From the NCBI GenBank assembly GCA_043814765.1, contig JBDRJQ010000038.1, forward strand, positions 1 to 25,681: DNA of 25,681 nucleotides, read 5' to 3'. Position numbers and translations under genes: made by a program. Positions 15,469-23,053 of this stretch are shown here, piece after piece; position 1 is the stretch's first letter; every line of letters starts with the position of its first letter. The notes under the pieces were generated by a model. The model searched no databases and had not been told where the DNA came from. It saw nothing but the letters and a program-made list of their open reading frames with translations. Source of the stretch: Nanobdellota archaeon. GTDB lineage: Archaea; Aenigmatarchaeota; Aenigmatarchaeia; QMZP01.

Positions 15469-17223
15469 ATGAGAAAGTTAGTGCTGTTTAGTGTTTGCCT
15501 TGTTTTACTGTTAGCAGTTTACAATGTTTCTGCAGTTGACATGGTAAAAACCATACCATCATGCGATGCCAAGTGCTACATATCAGAAGATGCAAATGTT
15601 ATAATGTATGTAACTGAAACCGCTTCAGAGCCAGTAAGATTTGAATGGCGTCTGATAGACGGTTCAACTGGTGATGATCCTGTTGCAAGGGGCATTTTTC
15701 CTAAAGTGGGGGATAAGCACTTCTGTTTTTTCTCTTCTGACTCAGACAACAATTGCGGACCAACTCCGTTTACAACAAGCACTGTGTTCGGATATGACTT
15801 AAGAACAAGAAAGGTTACTGACGCTGGTGCAGGAGCAGAGGAAGTTAAAAATATAGTTCCAAGTGATATTGAATTAACACCTTCTGTTATAGTGATTGGC
15901 AATGAGGTTAAAATAACACTCTATGCGCCAACAATAGATTCAGTAAGCTACAAAATTTATTACGCTAATCTAACAGTTGCAAAAACCTCTTCTATGAGCC
16001 TGTCAGATACTCTGCCATTTACTTATGTTGATAGCGTAACGTTTTCACAGGGCAAATATTACATAGCCTTTGAGGCTGATGCCCCTGGTCCAACATACGG
16101 TGGTGCAGTAGAAACATTTACCATAGGAGAAGCTGCTGGAGTCACATATAATGTGGTGGCTGAAAAAGCAAGCGGCACCATAACAATAACCAATTCCGGT
16201 GATGATGGAAAGATATCAGGATTGGACATAGACAATAATGGCGACGCTGAAGTAACTGGCTTAACAGTTGATGTTCCTTCCGGTCTAAGCAATGTTGATA
16301 TTACTCTAAGCGAAGATATGATAGCAGCAGGTGAAAAGATTACCTATGAAGTAAAGGTTAATGATGTAACCGGTTCCATGTGCATTTTCACTACAGCCAG
16401 CCTGCTGTCAGACGGTGAAAAGATTGGAGTTATAGACCTGGAGATAACAGTTGATCTAAAGGAAAGCGTCACAACCACTGGCGGTGATACAAACACATTG
16501 AGCATAGAAGAGAATCCAACTATAACAGGAAATTATCTGACGACAGATATGATAGAAAAAACATTCACCATTAAAAACAACGGGGATGCTGACGTAGAGG
16601 ATATAAGCAGTGTTGTTTCCTTAGGAGGATCAGCAGGAGTTAGCGTTGATTTGCCTAATAGTATAGCAGCAGGCGAGGAAGAGGAGATAACAGTAGAGAT
16701 AACCAGCTCCTTTGCCGGTACTATTGCAGGCAAGATAACAATAACAACTGAAGCTGGAGACAAGATAATATTGGTTAATGTTAATTTCTTTAATAGCCTT
16801 TCATCAAATAAAGCTTCGCTAGAATCCAGATTATCTACTATAAGAAGCACTTATAGCGGAATAGCCAGTGAATTGTCAGGCGCCTTCGCATCAGTTGGCT
16901 CTGACTTATCAAACGCAGGCGTGTCCATTCTCGGTAAGGATTACACAACAGCTCAGATAGATTTAGCAAGAGCAGAAGCTGGAATGGATGTTGTTTCTGA
17001 CCTTGCGCCTGAAATACTAAGTTGTAGTTCAGTAACCCCACCATCAGATAATAATGGTAGTGACTTTATCATAGACCCACTGCTTATAATAATCATAATT
17101 GTAATCCTAGTGGCAGCTGGAGTAGGTGCCTGGTATTACTTCAGTCAAAAAAGCGCTGGTGGAGAAGAAGGATACGACGAGGAAGAAGGTTCTTACGAGA
17201 AAGAAGGCGAAGATAATTTTTAG
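15469..17223 (+). CDS. Membrane-anchored surface protein: signal peptide, Ig-like/CARDB-like beta domains, helical stalk, C-terminal TM, acidic tail
   Basis: Signal MRKLVLFSVCLVLLLAVYNVSA. Internal repeat NNGDA.V...IAAGE at 114-aa spacing. TM PLLIIIIIVILVAAGVGAWYYF. Tail GGEEGYDEEEGSYEKEGEDNF. Confidence 0.85.
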   Translation: MRKLVLFSVCLVLLLAVYNVSAVDMVKTIPSCDAKCYISEDANVIMYVTETASEPVRFEWRLIDGSTGDDPVARGIFPKVGDKHFCFFSSDSDNNCGPTPFTTSTVFGYDLRTRKVTDAGAGAEEVKNIVPSDIELTPSVIVIGNEVKITLYAPTIDSVSYKIYYANLTVAKTSSMSLSDTLPFTYVDSVTFSQGKYYIAFEADAPGPTYGGAVETFTIGEAAGVTYNVVAEKASGTITITNSGDDGKISGLDIDNNGDAEVTGLTVDVPSGLSNVDITLSEDMIAAGEKITYEVKVNDVTGSMCIFTTASLLSDGEKIGVIDLEITVDLKESVTTTGGDTNTLSIEENPTITGNYLTTDMIEKTFTIKNNGDADVEDISSVVSLGGSAGVSVDLPNSIAAGEEEEITVEITSSFAGTIAGKITITTEAGDKIILVNVNFFNSLSSNKASLESRLSTIRSTYSGIASELSGAFASVGSDLSNAGVSILGKDYTTAQIDLARAEAGMDVVSDLAPEILSCSSVTPPSDNNGSDFIIDPLLIIIIIVILVAAGVGAWYYFSQKSAGGEEGYDEEEGSYEKEGEDNF

Positions 17224-17918
17224 AAATAATCCTCTTTAACTGGCTTTGATTTCTTAAGCGTGACTATTACCATTAGAAGAACCACTGCTAGCACTACTAT
17301 TATAATAATCCAGGTATAGAGAAGCGTGTTTTCAGATGGTTTACCGGCTGATCCGTTATCTAAACACTGTCCATTTGAGCATGATTCACTGCATGCCTCT
17401 GCTGCGAGCCAGGAATCTCCGTTTGCAGAGCACTGCTCAACAACCTTGCCGTTGCATCGCTTGTCGTAAGGCGTACAAGCAGCGTCTCCGCCCTGAGTTC
17501 CCCCTGTCTGGCTTCCACCAGTTACAGTGTTGCAATCACTGTCCGATATGTCAGAGACGCAGACCTTTCCAGAATAGGTTTTCGTTACCTCATTATTGAA
17601 TGATATTGTTATTGTGTAGTCAACCACTGTGTTTGCGCTGACCAAGTCTGCCCTGGGAGTAAAGCATATAGGCCTTGTTATGGTTGTGCCTTCATAGATG
17701 GTTGGATAGGATTTTCTGTTGTTAACAGAGAGCACTGTGTCAACAATGACACTGTACTTGCCTATTTCATTGATGCCAGAGTCTTCTGGCAATTTAATAT
17801 CAACGCACTGGGTTTCGCCTATAGGAATCGCAATGTTAAGATTGTCTGATATGGCAGAAGCTGCAGGAGCTAGCATTAACAGCAATAATACGAATATTGG
17901 AATATGTTTATATTTCAT
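17220..17918 (-). CDS. Small membrane-anchored surface protein with a six-Cys module
   Basis: Signal ending APAASA; beta-rich domain; Gly/Thr linker; CTPYDKRCNG...QC...W...C...C..GQC; C-terminal TM; ends KEDYF. Confidence 0.85.
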   Translation of the reverse strand: MKYKHIPIFVLLLLMLAPAASAISDNLNIAIPIGETQCVDIKLPEDSGINEIGKYSVIVDTVLSVNNRKSYPTIYEGTTITRPICFTPRADLVSANTVVDYTITISFNNEVTKTYSGKVCVSDISDSDCNTVTGGSQTGGTQGGDAACTPYDKRCNGKVVEQCSANGDSWLAAEACSESCSNGQCLDNGSAGKPSENTLLYTWIIIIVVLAVVLLMVIVTLKKSKPVKEDYF

Positions 17919-17932
17919 GTTTAACTCTTTAA

Positions 17933-20900
17933 CTACACATCAGCAGGTATATCATTAATTCCGCCACTGCCACCCGGACTGCCACCCGGACTGCATTCAG
18001 AATCATCAGGATGATGATACGTTATTATTCCTGGCATTGTATGTTTTTCTGTACCGCCAACCGTCCAGTATCCTATTACGTTATACTGACGTCCTCCAAC
18101 TTGCGTTCCAGCTGAGAAAATCTCATTCTCAGTTAATGTGAGATCTGGTGATGGATCACTATTCGTTGCAATTGTTTTACAGGAAGTAGGTGGATTGCTT
18201 GCATCCGTAACATCGTCCTTTGGGCACACCTTTACATTCCAGCTAGATATTGTGGGTGGCTCCATGTCTATTACATCAACTTCCAATGATTTGATGTTAA
18301 TCTTATTATTATCTCCCAGGCAGAATTTAACAGGCAATAGTTTTACGTTATTGATTCTAACATCGTCTGGATTTGCAGTTATTCCATTTTTGTCAAGACC
18401 AGGCACGTTGATATCGACATCTGGGGGTGCTGGAAGGTCTAAACCTGTTGAAACTTCAGCATACCTAACAACCAAATCTACAAGTGTATTTATTGCCGCC
18501 TCTGCAAGGTCTACCATAGCCTGTATATAGCTTACATCAACACCAAAATACATCATGATAGCAATGATTACAATCAATATTCCTATTATCCATAATAATT
18601 TTTTAACCATACTGTCCATTGCATTTTTAGCAGCGTTTCTTTGAGTTCCTACGCCGTCTGGAGTGTTACGGACAAGCTTATCTGTGTCATAAGTAAAATC
18701 AATATCATCTGAACTTAACACAAAGGTGTGAGTCTTTCCCAAGGCGTCTGTAAACTGCGCTTCAGTGCCGCTAAATGATATTTTGCCTGCTTCGTTTTTC
18801 TTTTCTCCTGGCCATGCAATAACAGTGTCTTTTAAACCAAGAATGCATTTGTAATAATCCGTTTCTGATATGCAGCCAGTATCCAATTCTACAGTTTCTC
18901 CCCCAACAGTTACTGTTGATTTCCATTTAAAAACAGCAAACCTGTCGCTTAGCGGCTGGTTGTCTATTTTAACTTTTACAGTCGGATTGTTTTGGAATAT
19001 GCATTCATCAGGGAACTCGCTATCCCTAGCGCAATAAACCTTTTTCCCGTCTGATGCTTTTATCGATCCAGTTCCTGAACCCAACCACTTTATTTTCATG
19101 TCAGCAGGTGATTTGCATGGATTTGACAGGTCAGAAGTGCAGTATGTGTCAGTAGGACAATCACAGTCTATGCAACAATTATTATAATCTTCTCCAACGG
19201 GTTTCTTTTCTGGCTCACATTTATCATATCCAGGAATTTCATAGCCTAGACCTGCTCCGCAAGAACTGGCTATGCATCCCATTTCAGGATAATTTATATT
19301 GCAGTATGTGCCAGGGTATTTCACAAGACAGGCTTCTGGAGGTGATTTATTGATTCCACAATCAAGGCATGAAGCAACACATGTGGTACCATCATCACTG
19401 TTTATAGGATTAGGACAAGTTATTCTTTCTCCTGCAGTAGAAGCGCAGTAATTGTCACCCACAAAAGGAGATGCACACTTACGATAATTTTCTTTTGACG
19501 GATTATGGTTTTGGCAGTAAGTATTGAGTTCGCAACTTACAGGGTCCTCTGCATATGGGAAATCAGTGCAGCATTCGCCAGCCATTCCAATGCCCTCAGC
19601 TTCTGGTATGAAAACGCCGTCTCCACATTCTATTTTTTTGCATTCCCAGGAGCCGTATGGATTTAAGCCACCATTAAAAGTTGGACAATAATAATCTTTT
19701 GGACAGTCGTACGTGTCCAAACAGCAGTCAGTAAGTTTGTCTGCTACTATGTCAAAGTATTCAGGCGGTTCAGGCGTACCGTCGTTGCAAACAGATATTT
19801 TGCACTCCTTTCCTGATGCTTCATCACAGTACCATTTAGGGCCACCGCCATGAAGATTTTGACAAACAATGTCTCCGCCAGCGTCCTGGCAACAGAATGC
19901 ATCACTGCCAGGAACGTCTTCTCCTGGTTCAGGAGGATAGCCGCTAGGACAAAGTGTCTCAACGCAAAAACCTAACTTATCTGAACAGTAATAATCATCA
20001 CCATTTGTATGTGCACAGTATAAGTCAGCGCTAGTTGCATCTTTCCATCCTCCCTTACCTGCATCTTTATAGCAGTCCTGACAGCACATGTCAGCTGTTT
20101 CTTCGCCTTCGCACTTGCCGTCACCGCAAGTAGTCACTATTGGCTTGCAAGTTGTACCTGAACAATAATAATCATCACCATTTGTGGTTATACAATACGA
20201 GTCGGCGCTGGTTGCACCATTCAATCCTCCCTTATCTGCATTGTTATAACAGTCCTGACAGCACATGTCAGCTGTTTCTTCGCCTTCGCACTTGCCGTCA
20301 CCGCAAGTAGTCACTATTGGCTTGCAAGTTGTACCTGAACAATAATAATCATCGTTATTATTTGTTATTTTACAATACAAGTCAGCGGTCATTCCATCTT
20401 CTGCTATTCCTCCCTTACCTGCATCTTTATAGCAGTCCTGACAGCATTCAGAAGCTGTTTCTTCGCCCTCGCACTTGTTGTTACCGCAGACAGTCTTTTC
20501 AGAGAAAATGATAAGAGGCAAGCTCTTTTTATAAGGAACGCTTCCCACTAAGATTACGCCTGGTTGGCCTTCTCCTTTTACATCATTAAATCTGATGATG
20601 CCTGAAATGAATGCCTCTAATGGCAAATATCCTGTCGGTGGTTTATCAATTTGTTGTATTTTAAATTCGCACTTAAATTCCTGTTGTCCGCTAGTCAGTG
20701 GATCATCACATTTTTCGTAAAGTATTTCACCGTTTACGCCTTCCATTAATGTTTCAAAGTTTGCGCTTACTGTTTTTAAGCCCAGAGGCCTGTTGTCAAT
20801 TCTGTACCAAAACGTTATTGTATGAGATATGTCAAATGCATGAGAATCATATTTTATGTTTCCCTTCCAAACACCATCAACAAATGCTATTGGGCTGCCA

Positions 20901-23029
20901 TCGCCCTTAACGCTGAATATCGTTATGCCTATGTTGCCTTTTGATTTGCATGTTGCTCCAGCTGGCTCTCCGGTCTTGTAATCACAGTATTCTCCTTCTG
21001 GACAGCCATTTGGGTCGTCATAACAGCAAATCTCGCCAGTTTCTAAAATTCCGTCACCGCAGGTGAATTTGCTTATCTTTATGGATTCTGAGAACACATT
21101 ATCCAGAGCAACCTCTTTGGTTGGGTCACCGCCTGCATAACCGTTTGTATAGCTAACATCAAAAGTTACTTTTGGTGTTATTGCATAGTCTCCCAAAAGG
21201 CTGTTAAAGCCCGGCACTCCTGTGAATAGCATATCACAGTTATATTCATCATAGGAATCTGTCTTTGTTGACTCTGTGCAAACAACATTGCATCCTGGAG
21301 CTGTTGGGCAGTCCGGACAGGATGCTATCTCGCAGGCAGGCGTTTGGTCAACATTTAATCCGCCTGGCTTAGTTACAGCTTCTCCTGTTTCAGATGCAGA
21401 AAATATACCCACTCTTGCAACAAAACCGACTTTGTCAACAGCTGGATTGTAGAAATTCAGAACTGTTGGTTCTATGCTAGATATAATGAGATTGGACGAG
21501 TCCAAATCCTCTTTGCATACCGGATTATCAGAATCAAAGACATCGCAGTAATATCCTTCCTCGCATTCTGCTTCTAAACAGCTGGAAGCTAAAACAGCAT
21601 CAAAATGGACATCATTAAAGTCTTTTGTAGCAGTTCCGTCACCGTCGCTGAAGCTTACTGAAACAGACAGGCTGTTGTCTGTGAACTTTACTCCTTCAGC
21701 ACATTCCTCCACTATTTCAGGAACGCTCATCGAGCACTCAAACTCTTTTATAGTGGCTGCATCACCAATAGCTACGCATGCCATTGGTTCAGAAGCATCC
21801 ATGAACTCCAGCTGGAAGCTTGCTGAATCTATTGCAAGCCCGTCAACTGCTGTTATGATTATGCTCATCTTCGCTGTCTGCGCACTGCATGTGAACAGGT
21901 TAATCTTATCTGATTTTAGGCGCATTGTTAATTCTGATGTTGCTTTGCATATTTTGTCTATAGGGTCGCAGTAATTGCCGTCTTCACAGAACTGGTCAGC
22001 ATTCAATGGGCAGTCAACGCAGCAGTTGCCAATATTTTCGCCTATGTCGCATTGGCTGTTGCCGCATGTTCCCAGCTCAACTTTCTCAAACAGAATAGGA
22101 CTGGCTATCTCATACCATCCAAGGTTTGAGTTCTGTCCTTCAGGGAAAACAAGCATGTGAGTCTTGTCAGCAGCATCTATTTCCTCTTCATTTAGCTCGT
22201 TCTCTTCAATATACTCTATGAAATCTTCTGCTCCTGTTGCATCAAAATCCGCTGGGATGTTGTCAGCAGCAGCTTTGTAAAGGCTTTCTGTGTCATAGCT
22301 CTTGCTGTCCTTTCCTTCTGCGTCAGTGAAACCATTGAACACAGCACTGTCAATGTATGTTAAAGGTATTGCCTGATGGTTCTCTATGTAATCTTGCATT
22401 TCTTCGGCTGTGTAGCCTTCTGTCAGGTAGATGTCCAGGCTGTCCAGCTTGTAGCTGTAGTGATGAACCAGCGACGGGGTTTCCCTGTAAAACTCCTCCC
22501 AGAAGCCCATAAGCGTGTCTGTTCCTTCTTTTGTCACGTCAACAATAACAAGGAAGTTCTCTGTCCTGAAATATGTCAAGTCCGGATGGTCTGATGGGTT
22601 TGCCCAGCTGTAGGAGTCGCTTGCTATCTGAGGTTCTTGGTCAGAAATCATGATTTCAGTTGCATCAATATTTTCTATGCAGTCTTTAACATCTCTGGAC
22701 AGGCAGCGATAGATATGAACAGTGTTCATGTCAACATTTCCAGAACCCCCTGTCTTTGTAATGTCAAAGTTTATGATGTTGTCGTATCCGGTTTGCTCAT
22801 CATACAAGAGCTCCACTTCCACAGCAACATCGATATATTCTTCGGGATTTATGTCAATTGTTAGGTCGGGTTCTGCGCTTCCAAAATTGTATATGCCTAT
22901 CTCAACAGCGCCTGAAACAGGCAGGAAAAGAATCAGATAGGAGCATACTATCGCAAAGAAGCTCAGTATGAATGGCTCTAATTCTACGCTTTTCATGTTC
23001 GCTTTAATGCTTGTTCGGTTCAATCGCAT
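17933..23029 (-). CDS. Giant (1698 aa) acidic Cys-rich modular exported protein
   Basis: Signal-like N-terminus ending VSGA, AAGGT RBS-like sequence. About 11 variants of a CG[DN]..C...E...CC.DC...YC...C module interspersed with beta-rich domains. One hydrophobic helix about 200 aa from the C-terminus. Confidence 0.88.
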   Translation of the reverse strand: MRLNRTSIKANMKSVELEPFILSFFAIVCSYLILFLPVSGAVEIGIYNFGSAEPDLTIDINPEEYIDVAVEVELLYDEQTGYDNIINFDITKTGGSGNVDMNTVHIYRCLSRDVKDCIENIDATEIMISDQEPQIASDSYSWANPSDHPDLTYFRTENFLVIVDVTKEGTDTLMGFWEEFYRETPSLVHHYSYKLDSLDIYLTEGYTAEEMQDYIENHQAIPLTYIDSAVFNGFTDAEGKDSKSYDTESLYKAAADNIPADFDATGAEDFIEYIEENELNEEEIDAADKTHMLVFPEGQNSNLGWYEIASPILFEKVELGTCGNSQCDIGENIGNCCVDCPLNADQFCEDGNYCDPIDKICKATSELTMRLKSDKINLFTCSAQTAKMSIIITAVDGLAIDSASFQLEFMDASEPMACVAIGDAATIKEFECSMSVPEIVEECAEGVKFTDNSLSVSVSFSDGDGTATKDFNDVHFDAVLASSCLEAECEEGYYCDVFDSDNPVCKEDLDSSNLIISSIEPTVLNFYNPAVDKVGFVARVGIFSASETGEAVTKPGGLNVDQTPACEIASCPDCPTAPGCNVVCTESTKTDSYDEYNCDMLFTGVPGFNSLLGDYAITPKVTFDVSYTNGYAGGDPTKEVALDNVFSESIKISKFTCGDGILETGEICCYDDPNGCPEGEYCDYKTGEPAGATCKSKGNIGITIFSVKGDGSPIAFVDGVWKGNIKYDSHAFDISHTITFWYRIDNRPLGLKTVSANFETLMEGVNGEILYEKCDDPLTSGQQEFKCEFKIQQIDKPPTGYLPLEAFISGIIRFNDVKGEGQPGVILVGSVPYKKSLPLIIFSEKTVCGNNKCEGEETASECCQDCYKDAGKGGIAEDGMTADLYCKITNNNDDYYCSGTTCKPIVTTCGDGKCEGEETADMCCQDCYNNADKGGLNGATSADSYCITTNGDDYYCSGTTCKPIVTTCGDGKCEGEETADMCCQDCYKDAGKGGWKDATSADLYCAHTNGDDYYCSDKLGFCVETLCPSGYPPEPGEDVPGSDAFCCQDAGGDIVCQNLHGGGPKWYCDEASGKECKISVCNDGTPEPPEYFDIVADKLTDCCLDTYDCPKDYYCPTFNGGLNPYGSWECKKIECGDGVFIPEAEGIGMAGECCTDFPYAEDPVSCELNTYCQNHNPSKENYRKCASPFVGDNYCASTAGERITCPNPINSDDGTTCVASCLDCGINKSPPEACLVKYPGTYCNINYPEMGCIASSCGAGLGYEIPGYDKCEPEKKPVGEDYNNCCIDCDCPTDTYCTSDLSNPCKSPADMKIKWLGSGTGSIKASDGKKVYCARDSEFPDECIFQNNPTVKVKIDNQPLSDRFAVFKWKSTVTVGGETVELDTGCISETDYYKCILGLKDTVIAWPGEKKNEAGKISFSGTEAQFTDALGKTHTFVLSSDDIDFTYDTDKLVRNTPDGVGTQRNAAKNAMDSMVKKLLWIIGILIVIIAIMMYFGVDVSYIQAMVDLAEAAINTLVDLVVRYAEVSTGLDLPAPPDVDINVPGLDKNGITANPDDVRINNVKLLPVKFCLGDNNKINIKSLEVDVIDMEPPTISSWNVKVCPKDDVTDASNPPTSCKTIATNSDPSPDLTLTENEIFSAGTQVGGRQYNVIGYWTVGGTEKHTMPGIITYHHPDDSECSPGGSPGGSGGINDIPADV
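17966..17994. repeat. 12-bp tandem repeat x2.4 (actgccacccgg) encoding SPGGSPGGS
   Basis: Exact copies at 17966-17977 and 17978-17989, plus a partial copy. Confidence 0.85.
19981..20488. repeat. Intragenic tandem repeat, about 3 units of 177-183 bp (59-61 aa Cys-rich module)
   Basis: ctgaac anchors at 19981, 20158 and 20335. 104-bp exact duplicate 20073-20176 = 20250-20353. 39-bp exact duplicate 20048-20086 = 20408-20446. Confidence 0.95.
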
Positions 23030-23053
23030 TCTATTACCTTGCTCTTCTCATCT

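Noticed and set aside
19981..20488. Tandem repeats as a CRISPR array or DGR template/variable repeat pair
   Set aside because: Units are 177-183 bp, in frame and coding. Differences involve all four bases rather than adenines only, and no cas or reverse transcriptase gene is in the window.
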